64,000 nt of DNA from contig NC_043010.1 in the NCBI RefSeq assembly GCF_006345805.1, positions 50,158,001 to 50,222,000 of the forward strand, in the 5' to 3' direction. This DNA is from Octopus sinensis. Lineage: Eukaryota. The notes under the pieces were generated by a model that saw only the letters and a program-made list of their open reading frames with translations, did not search any database and was not told the DNA's origin. This document shows, in pieces, positions 1-12,514 of this stretch (the first letter of the stretch is position 1; every line of letters starts with the position of its first letter). The position numbers and the translations under genes are program-made.

Positions 1-185
1 GATGGATGGAGGAAACAGACATAAAACCTAGTTTAGTACAGTTCCTGAAAACAGTGTTATTAGGGACAGCTAGGATACTTTGGAGGGTCCTTAGCACCTA
101 AGGTTACCCGTTGTAGCCCGATGCTTGGGGTTTTTCTTTTCTGACTGTTTAATCTGTTGTGCGTATATGAAATAATAATATTAAT
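1..185 (+). mobile_element. 3' end of an R4/Dong-type (RLE) non-LTR retrotransposon
   Basis: Frame from 3 reads WMEETDIKPSLVQFLKTVLLGTARILWRVLST* (TAA 99-101), matching the QKxVLLGTARILR C-terminus of R4-clade LINEs; short AAT tail near 171-182. Confidence 0.7.
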
Positions 186-563
186 CCTTTCTACTATCGG
201 CCCATGGACTGCAATTTTGTGAGGTAGGAAAAGTTGGTTATATTGCCTCCAGGGCTGAACTGGTACTTATTTTATCGGCCCCTAGTGAGATTTGAACTCG
301 GAACGTAAAGAACTGGAAGAAGATGTACCTCAAAACAATTTTTTCGACGCTTCTGTGAATCTCCAGGATAATGATTTTTTTTTATTTGTCACCGGGGTGT
401 CGGGTGAAAGAGACATTACGAAGACTGATTACATAAAGCGTTGGGAGTTACACAAAATCAGGGATAGGTTCTCTGTCGATTTCTGGCGTGTAGCTAGCCA
501 CTCTGCTCGTAACTTGCCGAGTTACAACGCCAACGTTTATAGTTTTACTATCAAGTCAAATGT

Positions 564-832
564 GGAGGCGCAATGGTCCAGTGATTAGGGCAGCGGACTC
601 GCAGTTGGAGGATCGCGGTTTCGATTCCCAGATCGGGCGTTGTGTGTGTTTATTGAGCGAATACACCTAAAACTTCAACGAGGCTCCGGCAGGGGGTGGT
701 GGTGGTGACCCCTGTTGTACTCTTTCGCCACAACTTTCTCTCACTCTTTCTGGCGTCCCGTCCAGCTTGAGAGAACAGAAACCGGGAAATCGGGCCCCAT
801 GAGCCTGGCCAGGCTTGAAACGGGCGGCGTTT
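564..832 (+). mobile_element. tRNA-derived SINE, family A (head GGAGGCGCAATGGCCCAGTGGTTAGGGCAGCGGACTCGC)
   Basis: A-box and B-box-like head (GGTTTCGATTCC); related copies at 5364-5612 (+), 36800-36997 (-), 43560-43948 (-) and 59430-59670 (-). Confidence 0.8.
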
Positions 833-1120
833 ATCGTTTTTATCAAGTCAAATATAATTGTTTCACCTAAAGAAAAAATATGTTCTTTTTCAGTATGAAT
901 TTTGGTCCTTTACATATGACTCACGTAATCTATATCAACTAATGAAAACGCAGGGATCCGATGACTCCTTGAATTAATGCATTTTGTCATTATTGTTCAA
1001 TCTGTCCATCAGAAGGATCAAGAATTCATGTAACTTAAACTAATGGAAAAAGCCATCAAGCGAATAAATACAATTATACCAGATGTATTGAGTCCGTTTC
1101 ACTATTTTGTTATAAACAAC

Positions 1121-1245
<125 letters not shown>

Positions 1246-2197
1246 GCTAGCTGTCTCTTTTATCTTTAATCTTTTACTAGTTTCAGTCATTCGTTCCACC
1301 ACTACTGCTTGTGCTGGTGTATTTACGTCTCCGTAACGTAGCGGTTTGGCAAAAAAGATCGATAAAATAAGTACCAAGCTTAAAAAAGTAAGTCGATACA
1401 TTCGACTAAAATTTCTTCGAGACGGTGCCCCAGCGTGGCCGCAGTCTAATGACTGAAACAAGTAAAAGATATATACAAGTGGATGTAAGGAAGAAAATAT
1501 GAATTTCCGAGCGAGCAAGAAATAATTTTTGTTTGAAATATTGGCTCTCATGGCACATCACATAAAGTTGCCAATAATGGCATATTGGGTTGCAAAAACC
1601 TTTTTTAGATAGAAAAAAGCAGAAGGCTGATCGTGGGACTCGAACACACATCTACTGCAGACATGGCAGGCGGTCTGTCATTGAATCAAAGCAATCCTTC
1701 GCATTTATCTATCCATTTTAGAAATCTTATTCTTAGGACCGAGAATTGCCTGTTTGTGACATCATAAGAATTTATAAAACTTCGAGAGAACGTGAAATAA
1801 TTCTTCTTTTTTTTTTTTTTTTTTGAAATATTGACTCTCGAAGCACATCACATAAAGAATAAAATATCTTTTCATATGTAATATATTTTAACATATTACA
1901 CGTCGCTACACTTATTTTTCTGTTACTGGTTTAAATCAATATATAAAAAAGTCTCATTCGGTGCCGGTGCAACCACCAATGTGCAAGTATTAAAATTAAT
2001 ATTTTTTGAAATTAATAAATAATTTATATTAAACAACATATCATACATGACCTTTATTTTTAATAAGAAAGTTATTAAAAAAAAAACAAAAACAATACAA
2101 TTGTCTTTAAAAGCGAATAAAAATACCCAAATTATTTATTATAAAATTATGCCATTTACTCGCAGGTACGACTGCTACGATAGATTCTTCAACTCAC

Positions 2198-2280
2198 CGC
2201 TCATCCCCAACCAGGATGTTTGGCTTCTTGTTACAAGCTGTTATTACACGGACGGAAACAAATAAGAATTTGGCATCCAT
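2198..2280 (-). CDS. Candidate coding exon of an unidentified gene running off the left end (MDAKFLFVSVRVITACNKKPNILVGDE.)
   Basis: ATG in an aaaaacATGG context at 2280; GTGAGT donor after 2198; alternative acceptor before 2237. No recognisable homology. Confidence 0.2.
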
Positions 2281-2592
2281 GTTTTTGTGAACGACAACAG
2301 AAGCCAGTCAATGAAATAGGTGTAACGTTTGAATAGATTTATTATTTTTATAATGAAATAGATGTCACTCTAGCAAAAAAAAAATATTAAAAAAAGGGTT
2401 TAAATATATTAGTTGTCAGATAATTTCGTTCGCTTTTTTTGTTGTTTTTATTTGTGTGTGTCCCCCCCCCGCCTCCATCACTTGGCTCTTTATCGTTATA
2501 TGTCGGAAAAGAGGTAAAATTTATTCAAATTTCAAAACTGAAGACCAAAAGTTGTAGGGGAAGAATAGAGCTACACACACGCACAGGCACAA

Positions 2593-2625
<33 letters not shown>

Positions 2626-3057
2626 CAATGAGAAGTAATCTTTTAGTGTTTATTAAAACATTTGAAAGGATTACCATAAACTGGGGGCGGGGAGCAAAAA
2701 AACAAAAAAAAAAAACAAAAAAACGAACGAATTTATCTGACAACCCAATGTATCATCCTGGTAATAAAATTAAAAAAAGATGTTTTTCCTACATTATCAG
2801 TAACTCAGAATGGCCAAACAGATAGAAGGAAGTTATCGCCAATAATAAAAGACGCCATTCTTTTCAGGAGCGCTAGTAAGAAAGGATCTTATCTTGAGTA
2901 CTTTGTGGTAACAAATGGTTTTACTGGTTCAGTTATGGACTGTTTTGAGGCGAGCGCTAGCACAGCTAGAGGGGGAGGCGGAAGGGGCTGTCCGCTCCGG
3001 GCAGCCCTTTAAAGAGGACGGCACTACTTTTAGGTCTGCTATAGTCAATATGTATGT

Positions 3058-3286
3058 GGAGGCGCGTGGCTTAGTGGTTAAGGTGTCAGATTGTGGTTTC
3101 GATTCCTGGACCGGGCGACGCGTTGTGTTCTTGAGTAAAACACCTCAGTTTACGTTGCTCCAGTCCACTCAGCTGGCAAAAATGAGTAACGCTGCGATGG
3201 ACTGGCGTCCCGTCCAGTTGGGGAACACATACACCATTGAAACCGGGAAACCGGGCCCATGAGCCTGGCTGGGCTTTAAAAGGGCG
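3058..3286 (+). mobile_element. tRNA-derived SINE, family B (Meta-domain-like body CTGCGATGGACTGGCGTCCCGTCCAG)
   Basis: Head GGAGGCGCGTGGCTTAGTGGTTA, B-box GGTTTCGATTCC, tail AGGCTTTAAAAGGGCG; further copies at 14639-14884 (-), 40555-40800 (-), 50377-50615 (+) and 57660-57930 (+). Confidence 0.8.
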
Positions 3287-3855
3287 ACTGGCTGGGCTTT
3301 AAAAGATGCTTTTCCTACATTATCAGTAACTCAGAAGGGCCAAACAGATAGTAGGAAGTTATCGCCAATAATAAAAGGGACCATTCTCTTCAGGAATGCT
3401 AGTAAGAAAGGAAACCGGGTCCATGAGCCTGGCTAGGCTTTAAAAGGGCGCATTTTAATTTTTTTAGTCAATATGTACTTTTTTGTGGGGAGAGGCAGAT
3501 ATAAGACTGGTTATAGATATCATAGATATCAGTTGGAGTAAATAAATAGCATCAAATACATGACAAAATAAAGGAGGATGCATATCCTGAAGCACATATC
3601 GATATTCGGATTGAATAATTATCAAGAAAAGAAGCTTTTAAAGCGGAAAATACATCGAAACAGATTGCAAAGAGTGCAGAAAAACAGGGAAAGGAGGAGA
3701 TTTTAAACCAGGCTGGTAGGTATATAAATATATATTGAGCTTGACAAGGAAATTGAGCTTGATAAGGAAAGCCAAGAAAGCTTGAAAGAAACAAACCTCC
3801 TTCAACTGGATCAACTGTTTGTCAAATATAACAGTGAATAAAGAATTATCTAGAT

Positions 3856-4502
3856 CAGTGGCTCTCAACTGGGGGACATATGAAGGTCCATATAAAATTT
3901 TGTTGCTTAAGTGTATATGCAACGCAATAAAAGGACTATACTTCAACGAGACACAAATTATTTTAGTAGTTTTTTTTTTAATCTTTACCTTTTGACCGAC
4001 AGATTAAAAAAATAATTTTTTTTGTAACTAAACACTTTCAAACTTCGTTTACTTGTAGAATGTGCCACATAAAACATCTTTTACTCTTGGCGTTGTTGAG
4101 AAAATTCTACATTTTGGAAGTTATTTTTTGTTAAAGTTGTCATATTTCGGTAATTTCAACCAGTCAATGACGTATTCAGCTGAATAAAATTACTGTCGTT
4201 GTTTGTCAACAACAACTATCGGCGGTGTATATTTCGTTTCTCACTGTTATTTATGACATCGTCCGTGCGTTTGTACAGGTTTTAGCTTTAAGGTTTTAGG
4301 GTTTTAGGGTTTAAAAATTATATTTTAAATCTGTCAGTCAAAAGGTAAAGATCGGTTTTGTTTTTAAATACAGTTCCTTATATTTAATTATAAAATTTAA
4401 TAGGATTTTTTAAGCATCAAATGGCTATGAGGGTCCACCAAAATAAAACTGGAATCAAAAGGGGTTCATAGGTAAAAAAAGGCGGGGGGTTGAGAAACAA
4501 TG
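3856..4502. mobile_element. hAT/Charlie-type non-autonomous element
   Basis: TIRs CAGTGGCTCTCAAC / GTTGAGAAACAATG; 8-bp flanks ATCTAGAT and GTCTAGAC fit the NTCTAGAN Charlie target. Confidence 0.75.
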
Positions 4503-6010
4503 GTCTAGACGCTATACAACCGTACCTTTGCTAAAAGAACCAAATGCGCAGATGCTTCCAAATCATTTAGAATGATATAATCAATTCGTTAGCTCTTATG
4601 TAAGAGATTGTATTAAGTTAACAGTATATTAATTTCTTATGATTAAAACTGCAGATTCATACCACACTGACCAGGCCTTGTGTATATTCTGTGATTGGTA
4701 ATAAAATCAAAAGGAGTTTCATTAAAGTGTGTGATGCAGAGTTTATAAATTGGTAGATAATTAGAAGGAATTCCGTGTCTTCTTTTTATTATAAGAAATG
4801 GTTTACAGATAAAAAACACGAAGGATCAAGGGCTACGGTGGAGCTGTTAACATGATTGGATCGTATAAAGAGCCTCCAATCAAAGATTTTCTCCACAATG
4901 AAAAATCTTTATGTGGTCACTCCTAAGCGCAATGCTTTCACCTTGTGTCTTTAGAAAGTGCAAAATCAACCCACCATTCTCTAATATAATGAACTGGTAT
5001 TACGTATGTTTAATCTCAGTTACTGCTTTGCGTATTTACCCACCAGATTTTCCTGGGCTGGCAGCCGAAATGTGCTACAAGTCGATAATTTTCAAGGATT
5101 TATTATAAAAGAAGCTTCCCTTCCCAGCCATGTCAACATTACCGTTCTTTTTGTATCTAGTGCTGATGAGGTCTAAGGGTTCGAAATACATACACGTATC
5201 TGTCCAATAGAGGAACTCTCTGAGCTGACAATTGCGCTTTACACCAACTTTAGTTTTTTGTCTCAAGCGAGAATTTTTTCTCCATGACAAGCTGCAGTGA
5301 AAAGCCTTTTGCAGGTTTAAATATCACAAACGTATTTGAACTGGCCAAAGCTACATGTTCTTACGTGGTTAGAGCAGCGGACTCGCGGGTTCGAATCTCA
5401 GACCGGGCGATGTGTGTGTGTTTATGATCGAAACACCTAAGCACCACGCGGCTTTGGCAGAAAGTAATGGCGAACTTCTGCTGACTCTTTCGCCACAACT
5501 TCCTCTCACTCTTTCCTCCTGCACCTTGCAGCTCACCTGCGACGGACTGGCGCCAAGGAAACCGGGAAACCGGCCCTATGAGCTAGACGTGGCTCGAGAA
5601 GGAACAAACATGTTTTTACAAACAAGTTACATACATTTTCTAAAGGTTTTCAAGAGATAGCTGATTTACTTTATGCAAAAGCTATACCATTTCAACATAT
5701 TCGACATATTCCGTGCAAAAGCTATAAATGTACATACTGGTTTCAAATTTTGGCACAAGGCCAGCAATTTCGGGAGATGAGGTAAGTCGATCACATCTAC
5801 CTCAGTGCTCAACTGGTACTTATTTTATCGACCCCGAAAGGATGAAAAGCAAAGTCAACATCGGCGAAATTGAAGTATAAAGACGGATGAAATGCCGCAA
5901 AGCATTTTTACCGGCGTGTTATCAATACTACCTTATCTAAATGTACACAATAATATTATTATTCACATTCACTGCAAATGCTTCTAAAGTACAATAATTC
6001 TTGTTATAGG

Positions 6011-6415
6011 TGGCGAGCTGGCAGAATCGTTAGCACGCCGGGCAAAATGCTTAGCGGTATTTCGTCTGCGGTTACGTTCTGAGTTCAAATTCTGCCGAGG
6101 TCGACTTTGCTTTTCATCCTTTCGGGGGCGATTAAATAAGTACCAGTTACGCACTGGGGTCGATATAATCGACTTAATTCGTTTGCCTGTCCTTGTTTGT
6201 CCTCTCTGTGTTTAGTCCCTTGTGGGCAGTAAAGAAATAGGTATATCGTCTGCCGCTACGTTCTGAGTTCAAATTCCGCCGAGGTTGACTTTGCCTTTCA
6301 TCCTTTCGGAGTCGATAAATTAAGTACCATTTGCGTACTGGGGTTGATCTAATCTACTAGCCCCTTCCCCCAAACTTTTGAACTTTATGCTTTAGAGTAG
6401 AAAAGAATATTTCTT
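6011..6415 (+). mobile_element. tRNA-derived SINE, family D (Nin/Deu-like core), head-to-tail pair
   Basis: GGCGAGCTGGCAGAATCGTTAG head, GAGTTCAAATTC B-box, CGACTTTGCCTTTCATCCTTTCGG core; other copies at 190-350, 5745-5925, 56964-57143, 58275-58400 and 63590-64000 (all -). Confidence 0.8.
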
Positions 6416-6632
6416 GTATAGACATAAGGAGGCATCAACAGATTTTGGCCTTCTGGATTTTCATCTATAATTTCAAATTATTTCTCTTTTGTGTCCTACT
6501 TACAGCAAGAAATAAATACGTACAGTATAATAAGTATAAAGGTATAGAGGAATGTAATGGAATAATTAATAGTGGAATAAGTATATAAGCAAACACATAT
6601 AACGTATTAAATATATATTGATGACACAGCGT

Positions 6633-6698
<66 letters not shown>

Positions 6699-6717
6699 GT
6701 TCATATATATATATATA

Positions 6718-6948
6718 TAGGGTGTTCATAAATTATCTCTACAGCTTCCACAATTTATTGTATCTATTCAATTTGAGAGCCATCAATTTATCTCCTTTGC
6801 ATGTTAAATAGATATTATTAAAGTTTTAATTTATGTACTTTGTTTTAATATTTAAATCCCTTTCGTTTGTCTTCGAAGGTGTATTGTTATCCCTGGGTTT
6901 TAATGAAATTCAAAAGCCCAATTGTAAAGGTAATTTATGGACACCTTG
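6718..6948. mobile_element. Tc1/mariner-type MITE
   Basis: Termini TAGGGTGTTCATAAATTA / TAATTTATGGACACCTTG in a TA-repeat context. Confidence 0.6.
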
Positions 6949-7006
6949 CATATAAATATCGAACAATGAGAATGAGTGCTCAACACTGCATATGTAGATA
7001 AAAATT

Positions 7007-7190
7007 CTTTATTTCTGTATTAAGGCTGCTATTGGTTTCATGTTAAGAAAATATTTCACGACTCCTCATAATTTTTCATGTTTTAATCCAAAATGGAGAT
7101 GCACATTAATTTTTCTATGTGATTGGCCTGAAAAGAGTTGAGATATTTTCTTAACATGAAACTAATGGTAGCCTTAATAAACAAATAAAG
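7007..7190. mobile_element. Hairpin MITE with about 60-bp inverted termini, superfamily uncertain
   Basis: ATTAAGGCTGCTATTGGTTTCATGTTAAGAAAATATTTC mirrored at about 7135-7178; TTAA at 7020-7023 and 7174-7177. Confidence 0.65.
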
Positions 7191-7784
7191 TATATATATA
7201 TGAAATGGTTAAGTATTACTCACAAAAAATATATATCTACAAATACACATGACATATTATATATATTGATTGATGATCAGCATTTTCAATTACGCTTACA
7301 ACAGAAGAACGCTATTATAATTAGGCTTTAGTAAAGTACATTAGCTTTCCAATTCTACACCACGTATTTCCTTACAGATGATTAAGAACATTATTTTTGC
7401 TTCTGTATTTACCGGACGAGGCTCATTACTTTGCTATTGCCACTTATAAGCTCAGACCAACATATTAAATAGTCTACAGCATATGTCTACAAATCTTTAA
7501 TTTATACTTACATATTATTCAATATTTAAACGCATATGTTGGAGAATATTGTGAATTATATTACCAAGTTAGATATCAATATAAATAAAATTGAAAATAT
7601 TGTAAACAAAATCCAATAATTCAACATTTTCGTGTCTTTTGAAAACTCACGCAATAAAATATGCCTTTTTACAAGGAATTTTATTGGTTTTCTTCAATTA
7701 TATTTACATATAAAAATTGCATTGAATTTAATGGAATTTGATATGTACAACAGCATATAATTTAAATAGTTTAACATATAGTCG

Positions 7785-8201
7785 CAGGTGCAGCTATGTG
7801 GTAAAAAGCTTGCTTCTCAACCACATGGTTCCGGGTTCAGTCACGCTGCATAGCACCTCTGGCAAATGCCTTCTACTATAGCCTCGAGCTGACCAAAGCC
7901 TTGTGAATGGATTTGGTAAGACGGAAACTGAATGTCATGATAGATCGCTAGCAACTACACACATTTTTTTCTCTCCTGGTTTCTTTCTGTGTTCCTTTCT
8001 GTGGAAGAGCGTAGGCTCGAAACGTTAAAGACTTTTTCAATCCCCGAGCGATATACTAATACATCTGTTTGTTTTCTACACCACCTGTCTTCGTCTTTTG
8101 TTTTTTTTTTTGTGAATTCTCCCTATGAGCGTCCAATAACACTATACTTGTTCCACGTCCTCGCATTGTTGTGTTTTCTCTTTGTTCATGTTTGGATTAA
8201 C

Positions 8202-8253
<52 letters not shown>

Positions 8254-8480
8254 TGTATGTGTGTGTCTGTGTTTCTCCCACCTCCCATCACTGCTTGAAA
8301 ACCAGTGTTGGAGTGTTTACACCACCGTAACTTAGCGATTCGATAAAAGAGAACGATAGAATAAGTACTAAGCTTAAGAAATAAGTCCTGGGTTCGATTT
8401 GTCTGACTAAAACCCTTCAAGGAGGTGCTCCAGCATGGCCGCAGTCAAATGACGCAAACAAGTAAAAGAATAAAAGAATA
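7785..8480 (+). mobile_element. tRNA/CORE-like SINE, family C, interrupted by a Penelope-type terminal repeat
   Basis: 5' half at 7785-7935 and 3' half at 8270-8480; other copies at 14203-14563 (-), 19575-20003 (+), 26272-26657 (-), 40821-41277 (+) and 56208-56567 (-). Confidence 0.75.
7995..8030 (+). ncRNA. Atypical minimal type I hammerhead-like motif in a Penelope-type repeat (7935-8200)
   Basis: CTTT-CTGTGGA-A-GAGC gtag GCTC-GAAA-C-GT-T-AAAG; stems I and II pair; core has A6>U and an extra A. Confidence 0.45.
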
Positions 8481-8485
8481 TATGT

Positions 8486-9902
8486 CAGAACGTAAAGAGC
8501 TGGAAGAAATGTTGCGAACCATTTTGTTCGAACTCAGAACGTAAAGAGCTGGAAGAAATGTCGCGAACCATTTTGTTCGAACTCAGAACGTAAAGAGCTG
8601 GAAAAAATGTTGCGAACTATTTTGTTCGAACTCAGAACGTAAAGAGCTGGAAGAAATGTCGCGAACCATTTTGTTCGAACTCAGAACGTAAAGAGCTGGA
8701 AGAAATGTCGCGAAACATTTTGTTCGAACTCAGAACGTAAAGAGCTGGAAGAAATGTCGCGAACCAGTTTGTTCGAACTCAGAACGTAAAGAGCTGGAAG
8801 AAATGTTGCGAACCATTTTGTTCGAACTCAGAACGTAAAGAGCTGGAAGAAATGTTGCGAACCATTTTGTTCGAACTCAGAACGTAAAGAGCTGGAAGAA
8901 ATGTTGCGAACCATTTTGTTCGAACTCAGAACGTAAAGAGCTGGAAGAAATGTCGCGAGCCATTTTGTTCGAACTCAGAACGTAAAGAGCTGGAAGAAAT
9001 GTCGCGAACCATTTTGTTCGAACTCAGAACGTAAAGAGCTGGAAGAAATGTTGCGAACCATTTTGTTCGAACTCAGAACGTAAAGAGCTGGAAGAAATGT
9101 CGCGAACCATTTTGTTCGAACTCAGAACGTAAAGAGCTGGAAGAAATGTCGCGAACCATTTTGTTCGAACTCAGAACGTAAAGAGCTGGAAGAAATGTCG
9201 CGAACCATTTTGTTCGAACTCAGAACGTAAAGAGCTGGAAGAAATGTCGCGAACCATTTTGTTCGAACTTAGAACGTAAAGAGCTGGAAGAAATGTTGCG
9301 AACCATTTTGTTCGAACTCAGAACGTAAAGAGCTGGAAGAAATGTCGCGAACCATTTTGTTCGAACTCAGAACGTAAAGAGCTGGAAGAAATGTCGCGAA
9401 CCATTTTGTTCGAACTCAGAACGTAAAGAGCTGGAAGAAATGTTGCGAACCATTTTGTTCGAACTCAGAACGTAAAGAGCTGGAAGAAATGTTGCGAACC
9501 ATTTTGTTCGAACTCAGAACGTAAAGAGCTGGAAGAAATGTCGCGAAACATTTTGTTCGAACTCAGAACGTAAAGAGCTGGAAGAAATGTTGCGAACCAT
9601 TTTGTTCGAACTCAGAACGTAAAGAGCTGGAAGAAATGTTGCGAACCATTTTGTTCGAACTCAGAACGTAAAGAGCTGGAAGAAATGTCGCGAACCATTT
9701 TGTTCGAACTCAGAACGTAAAGAGCTGGAAGAAATGTCGCGAACCATTTTCTTCGAACTCAGAACGTAAAGAGCTGGAAGAGATGTTGCGAACCATTTTG
9801 TTCGAACTCAGAACGTAAAGAGCTGGAAGAAATGTCGCGAACCATTTTATTCGAACTCAGAACGTAAAGAGCTGGAAGAAATGTCGCGAACCATTTTGTT
9901 CG
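8486..9902. repeat. 49-bp tandem satellite (about 29 copies) derived from SINE family D
   Basis: Unit CAGAACGTAAAGAGCTGGAAGAAATGTYGCGAACCATTTTGTTCGAACT with period 49 (8486, 8535, ...); the array runs into the antisense SINE head AACGATTCTGCTAGCTCGCC. Confidence 0.95.
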
Positions 9903-10147
9903 ACACATTAACGATTCTGCTAGCTCGCCACGTTCTTCTAACAGAATAATAATGAAAAAAATTCTTTCCATATAAAATCCTGGTATATATTTTCCCAAAA
10001 GCTATGTGAACGGAGAACTGAGTTGCTAGTAGTCAACATGAATTGCTTATACAGAATGCGAACTCACGACCAATGTCTTTGAATGATAGTTCACTATCTT
10101 ATCCTCTCCCTTATTTTGTTTCGACACCTTTATTTCTTACATTGTTC

Positions 10148-10762
<615 letters not shown>

Positions 10763-11429
10763 GTAAATTTGTATGCTTATATGTATGAGAAAGTAGGTTT
10801 GAAATTGGGAAAAAAGATCGATACATAGAGAGACAGATATTCACTCATATATATATATATATATATGCATGCGTACATGTGTGTATGTATGTATGTATGT
10901 ATGTATGCATGTATGTATGTATGTATGTATGTATGCATGTATGTATGTATGTATGTATTATATATATAGTGATAGGGAGAGAGAGAGAGAGATATGAAGA
11001 ACGTGTGTATGTGTATGAGAGTTAGTAATATAAATGAACGGCCATTGTAATTCCTATTACTTTCACCACCACCACCACCACCACCACCACTACCATTTCA
11101 GCCACCACCACCACCACCACCACTACCATTTCAGCCATCACCACCGCCATGATGACCACCGTTACAGCCACCTAAAACTCTGAATATTATATAAATTAAT
11201 CAGAAAATTTTACGTCTTGAAAAATAGGTGAGGTTCACAGCATTCCGAAATGGAAGTTAATCGCAGAGCGAACGACCGAAACCTGCCAAATGCCAAATCC
11301 CCCATCAAACCAAGTGCACATATTTAGTGTATAAATTGCCTCGTAATTTATCCGTAAGCTATTCAATGGCTGTTAATGGTTACTACAGGTTTTACCTGCG
11401 GAAGTGGATAGGTCGGTGGAGTCATCTTT

Positions 11430-11727
11430 GATTCTCTCTCTCTCTATTACATACCTATTTCTCTTTCGTTCTTTATCCCTCCCATTCTTATTCTTTCTTT
11501 CTCTTTCATTCCCTCTCTCGTTCTCTCTCTCTCTTTCTCATTCTCTCTATCTCAGTTTCTCTCTCTCACCCATTCTCTTTCTTTCCTTGTCTTTCTCTCC
11601 CTCTCTTTCTCTCTCTCACTGTTCTTTGTCTCTCCTACTCTCTCTCTCTCTCTCTTTCCCTACCACTCTTTCTCTCTCTTTCTCTCTCTCTCATTCTCTT
11701 TCTTTCCTTGTCTTTCTCTCCCTCTCT

Positions 11728-11758
<31 letters not shown>

Positions 11759-11773
11759 TTCCCTACCACTCTT

Positions 11774-11821
<48 letters not shown>

Positions 11822-12075
11822 TTCCCTATCACTCTTTCTCTCTCTTTCTCTCCCTCTCTTTCTCTCTCTCACTGTTCTTTGTCTCTCCTACTCTCTTTCC
11901 CTATCACTCTTTCTCTCTCTTCTCATTCTGTTTCTATCCTTCTCCCTCTCTCTCTTTGTATCTCTTTGTCACTGTCTCTATCTGCCACTATCTCTTTATC
12001 TCTCTCTTTTTCTTATCCTTTCTCTTTCTTTTTCCCTTCCCTCTCTCTCTGTCTGCCTCTCTCTCTTTTTCCTGT
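11430..12075. repeat. Polypyrimidine (CT-rich) tract with internal higher-order duplications
   Basis: Recurring blocks such as CTTTCCCTACCACTCTTTCTC and CACTGTTCTTTGTCTCTCCTACTC. Confidence 0.85.
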
Positions 12076-12514
12076 ATGCACAGCTACGATAACTGGAGAC
12101 ACCCATGAAAGGCTTTTAATGACGTCCGTTCGAATGAGTAAGGAAAGGAAAAAAACAACTAGGAAACATAACTTGGAGGGCAGCGGTTAACTAGCAACGT
12201 AGTAATGGCGGGATTCGATAAGATGCGAATAGGCTAGTGCTAAGAAAAGTGGGGGCTGATTAGAAAGTTGTCGAAAGCTGAAAACTGAAAATGAATATCG
12301 CATTTAAAGACATTTTTCTAAAGTCATGGGTAAATCAGCTTGTCGCACGTAAAGATAAGAATCGTGTAGATATTTTTGCATGATGTAAAGGGTTTATCCT
12401 TTAGTACACTGCATTTTCTCTAGAATTGTCTCCCTTGTCACTGTCCTGTTACTACAGGGGAGAAAACTCATACGTTGACGTGATACGCCTACGGTGTGCT
12501 AAAGGTTAATTAAT

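Noticed and set aside
564-650. tRNA-like sequences at SINE heads
   Set aside because: They continue into SINE bodies and lack a complete cloverleaf, so they are not tRNA genes
3552-3830. Purine-rich coding-like segment
   Set aside because: Stops in the frames examined and no motif; possibly an old LINE remnant
5159-5200. CTGATGA...GAAA hammerhead-like string
   Set aside because: Stem II pairs poorly and it lies in what appears to be a very decayed Tc1-like relic
8486-9902. Regular repeat array resembling a CRISPR locus
   Set aside because: Contiguous units with no unique spacers, no cas genes, eukaryotic context; derived from a SINE
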